The notes below the pieces were generated by a model, which worked only from the letters and a program-made list of their open reading frames with translations, made no database searches and had not been told where the DNA came from. A DNA stretch of 63,691 nt, counting the filler, from Lenisia limosa (Eukaryota; Protista; Breviatea), in NCBI GenBank assembly GCA_001655205.1. It is 13 parts of 13 records of this genome, joined end to end, with 100 filler letters (N's around TTAATTAATTAA, not from the genome) between each part and the next. Parts side by side here need not be neighbours in the genome. Positions count along the whole stretch, not along the records: positions 28,265 to 37,512 come from LPNZ01010600.1; positions 37,613 to 38,761 come from LPNZ01001820.1; positions 38,862 to 51,618 come from LPNZ01010550.1; 10 more parts are not named here. The stretch is one strand, 5' to 3'. The position numbers and the translations under genes were made by a program. How positions within the stretch are numbered: position 1 is the stretch's first letter; each line of letters begins with the position of its first letter. Below, one piece after another: positions 37,254-50,400 of this stretch.

Positions 37254-37345
37254 GGGCTTCCTTGCGGTCCAAAAAAGTCAAAATATCTATATTTATCGAG
37301 AATTTATCGAGAAATTCAGTCTCTTTTCGGACCGTAGGGGAGCCC
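37254..37345. mobile_element. MITE family A, variant-TIR subfamily
   Basis: GGGCTTCCTTGCGGTCC...GGACCGTAGGGGAGCCC|TA. Confidence 0.8.
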
Positions 37346-37613
37346 TATTTACTAGACTACATCACAATCATTTCCCCCGGTGCTTTGTCTTTGGTATCCC
37401 TATGCATTCTTATGTTTCCCTAGATCTTAATATATTTTCTTGTCCCATCTCACGCAAGGGGCCCTTGATGGGGTAACCGACAAAAGAGGCAAAGCAAGGT
37501 GCCACCTCTGGGNNNNNNNNNNNNNNNNNNNNNNNNNNNNNNNNNNNNNNNNNNNNTTAATTAATTAANNNNNNNNNNNNNNNNNNNNNNNNNNNNNNNN
37601 NNNNNNNNNNNNC

Positions 37614-38603
37614 GAGTTTCTTAACCACGTTTCCGCGGACGACATCCACCTGAACAGCGTCAGCTTCCCGGTGCCGGTCCTCTTCGAGCCGGTCTTCCGG
37701 TTGATGGCTCGAATGACCTACCAAGTTCTGTACCTGTCGTTCACGACGACCTCAGAGCTAGGCCACTTGGAGCCGTCATTTCTACAGGACGACCACCACG
37801 ACCACCTTGCCAGGTTCGCGACGATTGCGGCGATCCTTGACCCGGCCGGCTGCGGTGACAACGACTTTGAGGCCCAGCAGAAGGAGGCCTTCCCCAGTCA
37901 TCCCATGGACTACAGCCTTCCATGGTCTGCCGACAAGAGTGACACCGACATCTCCTCCTCCGACGACGACCACCACGACGACCACCACCAACCCGAAGCC
38001 ACGCCTACCACCGCCATGGACGTCGAAGACGGAACCAGCGAGGATGCAAGCTCAGTTGCCTTCTACAGCAACGACGACGACTATCCCCCGGTCCCCGCCA
38101 CTGGCAGAGGAAAGGACCCTAACCTTCTCAGGCAAGGCCTCGGAAAACGTCTGCCTGCCCACGTTGAGAGTCTGCCGAGCACGCCCGACTCCACCGTCAA
38201 CATACCCCTGCTCCCCACCCGGCCAGCCAAGCGCCAACGCACTACGCCCAGATATCCCTACAAGCCGTACGAGGCCTTCACTGCCCTGTCCGCCCTCGAC
38301 ACCGCCCCCGTTGGCACAACGGTCAACCTCGATGGCAAGGCGTTTCTACGTGTGGACAACTCCAGCTTGAACGCCGCCCCCGCGGGCTTCGTGTTTACCA
38401 AGATCCGCGTAAGCAAGTCTCCCGACGTCGATGAGTCGCAATGGAGTGGGGGGGGGGGGTTCTTTGTCGTTACCTTTTCTTTTTTACTTGGTATTTGTTT
38501 TGTCTAACACAACCCAGGCGACGCCGTTCTCTCCCCTGACCACACTTCCCCGTGTAAGCCTGGCCTCTCTCGATTAAACCGCAATTCCCAGCCAGCATCT
38601 TGA
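37614..38603 (+). CDS. GC-rich orphan protein, 5' truncated
   Basis: Open exon of ~830 bp (EFLNHVSADDIHLNS...DESQW), GTGGG donor at ~38446, then an in-frame last exon (DAVLSPDHTSPCKPGLSRLNRNSQPAS*). Confidence 0.65.
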
Positions 38604-38929
38604 CCTAACCTCACTATAGTCAACTTCAACACCCACGACGTACAAGTTCAAAAAGCGGTACTTGATTTCAGGCGTAACTCCAGGTCGAAGTCGCCCCAGG
38701 CAATGCCCGGTAGGTATCTAACATTTGAACACATTTTTTTTTTTTTTCTTTTTTTTTTTTTNNNNNNNNNNNNNNNNNNNNNNNNNNNNNNNNNNNNNNN
38801 NNNNNTTAATTAATTAANNNNNNNNNNNNNNNNNNNNNNNNNNNNNNNNNNNNNNNNNNNNTATCCCCAAACAAGCAAACAAACAAAAATCAAAGTTATT
38901 CAACTCAGCTGAGCTTGGCCCCATGTTAC

Positions 38930-41177
38930 CATCATTTTATTGAGGTACTGGACAATATCTTCAGTTGAAAGGTCCACACCAATCAGTTTGTTGATGTAGT
39001 CGCAGCCAACCTGGGCAAGTGTAAACACTGCCATCTTTCAGCAAAAAAAAAAAAAAAAGGAGTTTGGNNNNNNNNNNNNNNNNNNNNNNNNNNNNNNNNN
39101 NNNNNNNNNNNNNNNNNNNNNNNNNNNNNNNNNNNNNNNNNNNNNNNNNNNNNNNNNNNNNNNNNNNNNNNNNNNNNNNNNNNNNNNNNNNNNNNNNNNN
39201 NNNNNNNNNNNNNNNNNNNNNNNNNNNNNNNNNNNNNNNNNNNNNNNNTTCGATTGGCTCAACACTATCACATTAGGAAATCAGGCAAAAAGCATCTCGG
39301 TTAACAACAGCAAAAAACACCCTTTTCCAGTGGTTTATCACACCAAGGCGAAACAAGTTATTTAGTTTTTTAAAAAGCCATTTTTATCTTCTCACCTGAA
39401 CTTCTCAGAAGCATAAGTACTGAACATAGCGACCATAGTATTAAGGACAACATGTGCCTTTGTAAGGTCTGTAGCTGTGCATTCGATCAAAACGTCCTGT
39501 AAGTATTACGTAATGTATGCATCAACAAAATCAAAACTAAGACATGAATTAAGTGACAAAAATACTGCGATGAGTCAAACTAAATTCACAAAACTTCATC
39601 CACAAACCTTGGTGTCAAGAGTGATTTTGCTGTGTTCGCCATTGATGATAGGGGGCATAGAGAGAACAACTCCATTGCTGTCGTAAATCACTGGGTAAAC
39701 CGGGCTGTCCTTGATGATGGGGAGGAATTTCTATAGCAGTTAATACGTGAAGTATATCATATTCCATAATGATTTACATGATATCAAAACACACCCATTG
39801 TCAAGAAACCCCACCTTCAAATGAGACTCAGTTTCAATGTAGAATGCGAACAGTTCCTCGGCGGTCATTTCCTAAATCATTACGTATGCTCTTATTATTT
39901 AGAAAGAAATAAAAAAAGTTTGTGGCCAAAGTTGTCTTTACCATCATGCTTATAAGAGAGAGTATAATATTAATCTGCCTTTAAAATTTGTGTTTACACA
40001 GTTTTCTGTGTTATATCACCGATCATGAATAATGATGCTCATTGAAAGCCAAACAATCTACCAACTTTATCCTGTGAAAGGGCCTTGAATTTGATATCTG
40101 AAGGAGCCTGGGCACGGTAGGTGAAAGGGGGGGTCAAAGTCGACAAATCATGAGTGCCAATGGCGACAAGGGTGCGACGGCTAAAGGAGTAGGTAAATGT
40201 GGACTCTAAGAGGCAGAAAAAAAACAAACATATCGCATTGGGAAAAGAATAAAACCACATACCGGCAGATGTTCATGTGAAGCTTGTCTTGAAGATCAAT
40301 GAAACTCTTGTAGGACTAAAAACATAAAGTGTAAAGTCTTCATGCATAAACAATTGTGTAAGTCTCACCATTTCGGCAATTAAATAGTCCTACCTCAGGA
40401 GTGAAAGTCACACCACGAAGAATTGCACCGACAACATGAGGACGGATTTGGTTAACCTACAGGGGATGAAAAGGAAATAACTCACCTGATAATACTAATT
40501 ACAAACTTCGCATATTATTCTGATACCTTCCAAATAAACTACACGACAGCCCAACGCACCGACTCTTCAGCCACCATTTTAATCATCTCTCCCTTAGGCT
40601 CGGATTTGTGGAAAGTAGGGGGTTGATCCTTACCTGTGGTATGAATATGTGAATCACTTGAAAAGCTCAGAAATAGGTATATGAGATGCTATCAAAGCTC
40701 TGGTTCAATTAACACTCTTCACTCTCAAAACACCGTCAGAAATTTCTAATATAAAACAAAACAAAACAAAACAAAGCCAAACATACCAAGGAAGACACGG
40801 AAAGCTTGAGCAAGACCTTCAACACAGAGAAGATCATAGCGGTTTGCAGAGATGTCAATCTTGTAAATAACATCGTCACTGAGGTCCTTTCCACCTCCTG
40901 TCTCCTTTTCAGCCATCATACGCTCCGAGGTCTAAGTAGATCACAAGAGTCCATGGGGAAAACATTAATATAGTTTCCCAGGCATACGACTTCATCAAGC
41001 TCGATTCCAAGGTCAAAGCATTTCAGCTCAAACTCCTTCTCGGCTGGGGAACGCGATAAAAAAAGTTGAGAAGGATAATTTAATCACGCTACGAAAAATA
41101 GTCAACGGTTTTAGCTTACTGTATGTCTCTCCGATCTTAGCGAAGAGCTCATCGCGAACAACACTGACTGTAGGCAT
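38930..41177 (-). CDS. FARSB: Phenylalanyl-tRNA synthetase beta subunit, cytosolic (3' truncated by gap)
   Basis: [38 protein letters not shown]|TSE...[29 protein letters not shown], and later [24 protein letters not shown]. Confidence 0.95.
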
Positions 41178-41661
41178 TTTTCAGAATATATTTTCCACAC
41201 TTCCTAACTCTCCCGTCCTACTGTGCACCACTGAACAAATCCTCCTTCTTTGGGGCAACTTTGGAAAAGAAATGGCAAAAAAACAAAATTCTCAGAAAAA
41301 CTGAAAGAGGTGATCCTGAGGATCTGTGTGTCTATTGACACAAGATTTTGTTTCATTGTTCTGTGTGTGTTGTTGTTGTTTTTGTGTTGTGTTGTTGCAC
41401 TGTGTTGTTTGTAGTAGTAATGATGATGTGACCAACCACGCCCCCCCCCCCCCNNNNNNNNNNNNNNNNNNNNNNNNNNNNNNNNNNNNNNNNNNNNNNN
41501 NNNNNNNNNNNNNNNNNNNNNNNNNNNNNNNNNGATTCTATGTTATTTTTGTTAGCTGTGGGATTGTGTTATTGAAAATTATAGGGGAATTACTCCTTGG
41601 GGGAATGATCAATACTGCACACACGTCGTTGGCTTATACACTTCATCTTGAATAGGGCAAG

Positions 41662-44000
41662 ATGAAACTTCATGTCAAGCTCTTGTTGTTGTGGGTGGAA
41701 TGGGAATACCCTTGAAAGACTAGATGTATGGCTTCCTTTTTCCTATGAATTAATTCTGATGTGATATTATATTTTAAAGATATATCGACTTATGACATAT
41801 GAAAGCTGGGTCATTGATTATAGTTCAAGATTGAGAAGTTAGTACCCAAAGAACACCAATGTTCTTCTAAGTCATTATTTTTGACATGAGTGATAACAAC
41901 TTAGCGCTTCAGCGTTTACAGCATTGACGTTTTTTGCTTATCTTGCACCGAGTAATAAAACAACCACCGTCACTTGTAGGCCGATGTTGTTGCTATAGTC
42001 TACTAGTCTTTTTTATCCGCCCATTTTGATCATATTTGACAGTAGTATTAATGGATTAGATGAATCTGAAGGGAATGGCAATTCACAATTCACGGTACCA
42101 TCAAACACGGAACCCGGTTAGCTATTTGGGCAATAGTATTAGAAACTCAAGTGAATCATCAGATCTATTTGACATAACCTGGAGCTTCATTTCTTTCAGG
42201 CTGGTATATACTACCTAATTTTCGTAGCTTTTGTTCCTGAAAGTCCCATAGTCTCATCCGCCACTGTACCATCCGAGACATCGACAATTGTTCCTGTTTC
42301 CCAGACTTCAACATCTTCAGAAGGTAGCTCTTGATACTGTTGTACACTTTCAAAATACTTCAAATTATGCACGTAAAAGTACCCTATCTTAAAGCCTGTA
42401 GATGTGGTTTCTCCTAGAATTGTAGTTGCTGTTGTTGCATGCAACAGGCCAGAGTACCTACGGAAGACCCTTGGGTTCATTAAAAAGTGGGAGGTAACTT
42501 TGGCGTTTACGAATTCTCTCCCATGGACATGTCTTTTCTCATTCCCCTGTAGAAGGATGAATGTTCCTTTAGATGTTGTTATTTCTCTGGATTGCGGAAA
42601 ATCGGATGTTGAAAATGTCGCAAAGGAATTTTCAGACTACTCCTATATCAAAGTAAGGACTATTCTACATTTCAGAATCACTTTAAAATGCATCACCCAT
42701 GCCGCAGCAACCCGATCTCTCAAGAATAGCTCCATACGCTGCCATCTCTCGACACTATAAATGGATGCTCGATACAATCTTCTCAAAATACAATGCGGAT
42801 GCAGTGATCATGATAGAGGGTAGGACATGGTTCATTTTGTTTTAGACTTTTATTCCTTCAGATGATCTTGAGATTGCAGTTGACTTTTTTGACTATATGT
42901 TGGCAATGTACCCCCTCGTCTCCCGTAACCCCAACTACTATTGCGTGTCTGCATGGAATGACAACGGGATGCTGTCCCACGTAAACGTTAACGATAACGG
43001 TGCGGTGTGGGTATTGATCCTTTACTTTCATAGAGCTCTTCCATGTGTCGGAGTTTTTCCCAGGTCTCGGTTGGATGATTACTAAATCCGTATGGAAGGA
43101 TATTGGTCCCGTTTTTCCGTCTATTTACTGGGACGATGGAATTCGCAACAAAAAACTTCGGAAGGATAGGGTGTGTATCCGGCCTGAAATCTCAAGGTCA
43201 AAGACATTTGGCAAGCAAGGTCTGTAACCGTTTTATAGGTATTAGTTAGTTACTGTTTTAGGCGTTTCTGGAGGTCAATTTTTTGACACATATCTGGCCA
43301 AAATTCAGCTGAATGACCGGCCAGCTCAGTTCACTGAGGATATAGTTGAAAGTGTCAAGGAGGTCTGAACTATAATCCAATATCTCAATCAGGGTGATGT
43401 TGTGTGGCTTTAGTAAGATACTTCCTTGTTTTATTTCTCATATCTAGACTTAATCTGATGAAATGTAGGAACAATACTGGGTCACTTTACGAGGTCAGCT
43501 GAATAGCGCGGAGTTGGCGCCAAATGTTCGCTCAGCACACGTAATGATCCAGGAGAAGAAGGTTAGGGGAGGCCGATTTGAACGTTGAAAACTAATTTCA
43601 AATGTANNNNNNNNNNNNNNNNNNNNNNNNNNNNNNNNNNNNNNNNNNNNNNNNNNNNNNNNNNNNNNNNNNNNNNNNNNNNNNNNNNNNNNNNNNNNNN
43701 NNNNNNNNNNNNNNNNNNNNNNNNNNNNNNNNNNNNNNNNNNNNNNNNNNNNNNNNNNNNNNNNNNNNNNNNNNNNNNCACTTCCCAAGAGACGAGAGTT
43801 TATGTTTCACCTTTTTAATTTTTGCGTTATTTGTTTAATGCATCGTATTCCTGGTAAGAAAATTTTTCCTGAAGTTGTCATTTTCTTGAATTTGAACAAG
43901 CATATAGCTCTTCACATGTTCCTCATAATATACATCAGTTACAACCATTAAAATAAAGCACAGTTATTCATCCGCAGTGTACTGCGTTGGTGAATAGAGT
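41662..44000 (+). CDS. MGAT1: Alpha-1,3-mannosyl-glycoprotein beta-1,2-N-acetylglucosaminyltransferase (GnT-I, GT13)
   Basis: N-terminal TM segment; VVAVVACNRPEYLRKTL, ISRHYKWML, IE|DDLEIAVDFFDY, CVSAWNDNG, FFPGLGWM, YWDD, VCIRPEISRSKTFGKQG|VSGGQFFD. 3' end approximate. Confidence 0.92.
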
Positions 44001-44100
44001 GGCCCAAAGTCAGGCGAAAACACTGTTCGGCCAGCTCGAGGGAAAGACCTGAAGGGGTGACGGGAAAGGAGTGGTGGCAAAATTAGAATGATAAAGTTGC

Positions 44101-44396
44101 TTACAGAGCACAGGCAATAATATGCGGGACAGCGTGTTTGGGGATGCTAGCCTCCTGAAGAGGGCGGATTGAGCCTCTGACGTTTTCATAGTGGAGGTCT
44201 AACCACGACAGAATCCTTTTCTGAGACTGAAATGCAATTACAGGCAAAGCAACTAGTTTGAAGATCAAAAATTTGAGCCCTACCCACGTTTTTGTCAAAC
44301 AATTCGATCTCGTTAGCAATGTTCTGATAACGTGCAGCAACTCTCTCGCAGAACGCAGGGTCAGGTAGTCTGGGGTAGTCTTCTTCTTCTTCTTCT

Positions 44397-44437
<41 letters not shown>

Positions 44438-47400
44438 AACATCACTTTCCTGGAAAAGTTAAACAATATTGGAGAGGCAGTGATTTTTGCAGATATAACC
44501 ACATACCGGGAAGTCTTCTTCCAAACGTTCCTCATAACTTTCTTGGATTTTAGCCCAAAGGGGTTCAGCCTGTAAAATTTAGGCTTATAATAAAAGTATA
44601 TGTACGTTCCACTCAGTAACCGTTTCTCACCTCGTGATTTACGAGACTGTCAATGTCGGCATCAGTCATACCCTGAAACAGCATGAAAACAAAACAAAAC
44701 AAAACAAAAAAACAGAACAAAAAAACAATAAACAACATAATAACACGAAGCTCTCATCATACGGGTTTTTTGTTCTTCCTACGCATCTCAATAATGGATT
44801 CTTCGAATTCCTTCTTCATCTGAATGATAAGACTTAAAATTTTTTTGATGAGAACATACAGCAATAGCATCGTCTGCTTTCCTCTTCTGAATCAGTTTTC
44901 TCTTTTCAGTGTTCTTCTTGTTCCTTGCATCCTGTTTCTCCTGGTTGATTTAGAAAACGAAAAAACTAAAAGAAAGGGCGAAAAGAAGGAAAACAGCCAA
45001 CCTTCTCAGAAGCCTTCTTCTTCTCCTCCTTCTCTTGCTCCACAAGCTCCTCAGCCTTTTCTTTTTCGGTCATGCCCTTCCTGAAAAGGTCATTCAAATG
45101 TTATGATCTCATGTGTCCCTAGATTTAAATGATATAGCTTGTAAAAATACCCAAAAAAAGCCACTAACCTCATCCAGTGCTTCATCAGTTCAATAGATGC
45201 CTCTTCAACTCTTTGACAGTCTTGGGCTGCTTCACTCAAGTCCTAAACAGTTAAGAATCATCATACAACGTGGGATATGAAACAAAATAGTTGATCGTTC
45301 CCAACTTACGCTTGGCGGGGGAACTGAAATACTTTGAATAGGCAAGCGATACTCAGTGGACTGCACAGCCACTTCGGCCTGGATGGATTAGGACGAGTGG
45401 TAAAGAGAAAGGGGAGATCGTGAAAATTTTCAACAAAATTAGAAGATCAACTCCATAACTGAACAGAGTTAAACAGTTATTGGCTCCTACCTTCTTGAAG
45501 AGAGAAAGGTGAACGGAATCGGCAGAGTCAAGAACATCAGGAATAACTAAAAGGTAAAGGCGTGGAGTTGATTTTTGACTTTGAAAAAACCACGTTCGAG
45601 TGGGCAAAGTAGGGATTGAGGAAGACGAANNNNNNNNNNNNNNNNNNNNNNNNNNNNNNNNNNNNNNNNNNNNNNNNNNNNNNNNNNNNNNNNNNNNNNN
45701 NNNNNNNNNNNNNNNNNNNNNNNNNNNNNNNNNNNNNNNNNNNNNNNNNNNNNNNNNNNNNNNNNNNNNNNNNNNNGGAAACACACGAAGCCAGAACAGA
45801 CATCCCACTAACAGGTTTCTGGGCAAGCATTTGTCGACCTGGGTAGAGGATCTTGAAAATTTCAGGGATGATAGAAGAGGACAGCTCCAAACGCTGAGGG
45901 GGGGGGGGNNNNNNNNNNNNNNNNNNNNNNNNNNNNNNNNNNNNNNNNNNNNNNNNNNNNNNNNNNNNNNNNNNNNNNNNNNNNNNNNNNNNNNNNNNNN
46001 NNNNNNNNNNNNNNNNNNNNNNNNNNNNNNNNNNNNNNNNNNNNNNNNNNNNNNNNNNNNNNNNNNNNNNNNNNNNNNNNNNNNNNNNNNNNNNNNNNNN
46101 NNNNNNNNNNNNNNNNNCCAGACATGACGGAAATTGCAGTACACCTGTTGTGTTGTCAGGTGTGATATGTACAACCCAATTTCTCTCTCAAAGATATCAG
46201 TAGCTTACATCAGGCAGGGTCTTGAGCCCCTCAGGGTCAGGTACTTCTGTGATCTTCGTTGAGCATGTGGATTCCGGATCAATCTAGGGTGGTGAACTAG
46301 TTCACAATTCACGATATCTTACAACCGATATCCTTCCACCCACTTTAACCTCCGGGTGGCGGGATAGCCTGTCATCAATGGTCAGATAATCAGCGGCAGA
46401 ATCGGTCCACGGCATGAGGAGCTGAAGGGGATATAACGCGTATTTCAAGACCAACACGGCGACATAAGTTTCTTTATGGAATCATTGCTTCCCTTCTACC
46501 TGAGACTTGGTGAGAACAAGTGGGGAGAATTTATCGTTCGGGAACATTCTAGAGAGAGAAGTGTCGTTCAGAGGGGCGCGGGGGAAAGGTGCCTGCACTT
46601 ATGAGACACGCATTAAAGGGTAAAGGGTAAGTCACAAGGGCAATGCAAAGCGGTGGCACTATGACAGCATTCTCTGCTGCAGCAAGCCACACCCACTTCA
46701 ATGTTAGCAAAGAAGCTACGAGGGTTCTTTGAAACAGATTGCAGTTGCTTCTGCCGACGGATGTCGTAGGCCACGTGTTTCCTGGTCGCGTAAGTTTATG
46801 GGGAATGGTGGGTTTCAAGCAGACAACAAGACAATGGTTTACCTAAGAGTTTCTTGTTCATCACGTCTCATGAGGGCTTCAACACGCATGGCCTCACGCC
46901 TGTCGATTTCAAGCTGGAATGTAAGCATATTGTAACGATCAACATTTATGGTGGAGATAGACTCACCTCTTTCCTCTTCTGTTTCTTCAACTGTTCTTCC
47001 ATCCTCTTCTTTCCTCTCTCAGCCGCGGCCATTTCCCTTTGTTTCTTGACTTCCTCCAGCATCAACAGTCTTTCTACGCAGATTAAATATCGACATCAAA
47101 TTAAATTACAATATTTCTTTCATAAAAAGTGATTGTTGAGGAGCGCGAAGGGTCCAAGAAACCTCACAGACCTGCCTTTGTTTTGAGCTGCTCTTCCTTC
47201 TTTTTGGCTATTTCAACTCGTTTTTCCTCGCGAAGTTTCTTCAAAAGTGCATTTTCCACTTGCTTTTTCTTTCTGTCTTCTTCTGAAAAGAAGTAAGAGT
47301 GACCCATTTACAACACTTCTCAAAATCCCACCAACCCCTTTCAAGTTCAACCTGCCTTCTTCTCAACTCAGCCTCCTGAATAATGAGCGATGGTTTTGAA

Positions 47401-50400
47401 ATTTGCGTAAATAGGAAAATTAATACAAAATAATGTTGTTTGTAAACAAAGTCACCAACCTCAATTAAGCGTGCTTGTTCGATGTAATGCTTTTGCATCA
47501 TACTTTCATATTGCTAAAAAAATAAATAAGAGAAGGACTCCATTTTAAAATGAATTGAGGCTTTGAACACATTCGCTCACCAAAACGCTGCTGTTTGCTC
47601 TGCGGATATTGTCCTCCTCTTGCTGCCTCATAACTGCGAGTTTACGCTCGAAAACGGTCTTTTGATGTTGAACCTCCTATTATGTTAAGGAACTCCAACA
47701 ATCACTTTAAAAACACCCTGTAACTCCAATCACTCTCAGAGCCCCCCCCCCAACTTTCTCGTGACGCACAGCAGCAATTTTGAGGGCTCTTTTGCCGAGT
47801 TCGGCAACATTAACCACCATTGGTGACTTAAGAAGCTGGGCAAGTCAATATTTAGTTTTTTGAAAAAAAAAAAAAAANNNNNNNNNNTTGAGGTTGCGAT
47901 TGTTCGTCTCATAAACGTTCTGAACGCTGAAGGGTATGAGGAATAGTCGTACCAAACAAATATCAACCACACGTAATATTAGAACTTCAATAAGCATATC
48001 ATATCATAGAGTATTTTTACCTTGCAAGATGGTCACTGAGACTCTTCAAGTAACTAAAGGAATCAGAATAGATAGAGGAATGAAAGTACAAATTCCTGTT
48101 ATACAACCTTATCCCCCCCCCCCCCNNNNNNNNNNNNNNNNNNNNNNNNNNNNNNNNNNNNNNNNNNNNNNNNNNNNNNNNNNNNNNNNNNNNNNNNNNN
48201 NNNNNNNNNNNNNCCTTGAGTTTGGCACTAACCGTTTTCATGATGAGAGTTACGTCATCTTGGCGTTTCTGCGCTGTGAGTTTTGGCATTGGTTACTGAC
48301 TAATATCAGTATCATATCATAAACCCCCACCAAGAAGTTAATTTTTTGTTCGTTGATGTCATTTTGGATTTTGGCTTGTGAAACCTGAACATCGTACATT
48401 CTCTTGTTGATAACCTTTTCGCGCTCACTGAAGGGTTACATTATGAATGAAATTTGAGCGTTAAAATAAAGTAAGTCTCACAGTTTGATTTCGTTCTGGG
48501 CACTTTTCATGTCTTCTTGGGTGACCGAGTAAGCCTGAAGATGTGATTATCAAGATGATATCAAGCAGACTGGCAAAACTAAAACCAAAGAAAATAACAA
48601 AGTACGACAACATTATGAAATCCGCAAACCTTTTGTCCAGTCTTGGGGGGTTCGGCAACGATTGGTTTGGCAACCAGAGGAATGGCATTACTGGGAGCTG
48701 TTCTGAATGGGTCATTTATGTACAGTCCCAAATAGATCACAGGGAAGTGAGCCACTATGTATTCTTTTCTATCTCTAGATTTTACCAAATACTATTGGTG
48801 TAATAACTAATATTGATATGAGTGTATAATTCTTGAACCCAAAAAAGAGTCCTCACGTTTGGTTTCTAAGAGCCATAACTCGCTTCCTTCCAGCAGCCAA
48901 ATAGTGAAGGCATGTCACCGCCTGATTGTGATAACAAACAAAACCACAAATGACAAAGAAAAGGCTTCTATTAAATACAATAAGAACGGACAAACCTGGC
49001 TTTGTTTGATTCCTTGATTGGCCTGGTACTGCATGATATAGTTCATAACCTGCTTCGTTAGAAGGTGACAGTAGGCTCAATTGTGTTGTCAAGGAAACAA
49101 CCAAACAAATGTAGTTTGCTTACCTGGGCCTCTGTAAGGTTGTTCCGCAAGAGATTTTCATAGAGACGGTTCAAAGTGCCCACATGTCCATGATATTCGT
49201 TAGGAATGCCTGAGTGTGACAAATGAAAACAAATTAAAAGCACATGGTCCACAATCTTAAGTCAACTGACCTTGGAGGAAGGTTGTGCTCTCCAATTGCT
49301 GAATGTCCTGCGATGGGAGAGATGGCTTGAACTCTGATAAGCTTCCTTGGGGTGCCTTAACCACCATTTTTTCTTTGCGTAGAGCCTGGGGAAAGTAAAC
49401 AAGACCCCCTCCCCCCCCCAAAAAAAAAACCAAAACAAAAACCAAAAAAAAAAACCAAAACTTATTTTTTTAAAAAAAGGGAAGACCGGCATCCAAACAA
49501 CTCCAAGCAATAATACAGCCATTTCCTCCTTACTGAAGGAGTTGAAGGAGTTGATTCGGGCTTCACTAAAAAAGGTAAACACGAAGGAATGGAGTCCATG
49601 GACAATCTTCACATGATTTTCCCATTTTTTATTTGATGACACCAACCATTGGCAGGAGAAGGTGCAGTAAGGGAAGAAACAGCAGGAGCCGGTGAGGGAA
49701 CAGCAGGCGGTTTATCACCTAATGAGTTAATCTTCTTCGCAATTACAGGCATCCTAGATCCGAACATCGCAACAGCATACCAAGAACGGGGGAAGATGAG
49801 CGACTTTCTTCATCATCAGAGGAATCCTTGTTCCTGAAGGGAGTGGTTACTCAATGAATAGTAACATTTTTCTGGTTTAATTTCAGAAAAATAAACAACC
49901 CACTTGTCTGGAAGGTCAACATTAACTGGTTTCTTGGGCTGGGGGCTGAGGGGAGTTGGTACCTGGGAAGGCTCGGGGGATTTGCTGGTACTCTGGTGGG
50001 TTAAAGTCAAATTCAGTCTGCTTTCGTTTATGGCAAAAGAAGAAGAATAATAAGGCCATTGGGTGTGGTGCCAAATATAATTCTCACCTGCTTTCCGAGA
50101 AGAGGAGAGTCTGCGGTAGTGGTGGAGTCCGGAGACTCTCTACTTTATCATTAGAGTATCAGAAGTAACATTCTATTATTGAGATATTGTTTGTCTGTCT
50201 ATCAATTTACCTCTATCAGAAGATGTTTAACCCTCAAACGATTTGTCATCATCCGACGACTCTGACGGTGGAATTGGCGTTTTCACCAAAGTGCCAACAA
50301 GGCCAGACTCAGGGGGTTCTGGAGTTTTGGATCTTCGGATTTCAGACTAAAAAGATGTAAGAGTATGGTGTTGTGGTATTGCAAAAAAGAATATGCACTG

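Noticed and set aside
49850-49925. WW-domain-like peptide LPDKWVVYFSEIKPEKCYY in the ORF track
   Set aside because: Most of it lies after a GTGGG donor and before a CAG acceptor, so it is more likely intron read-through.
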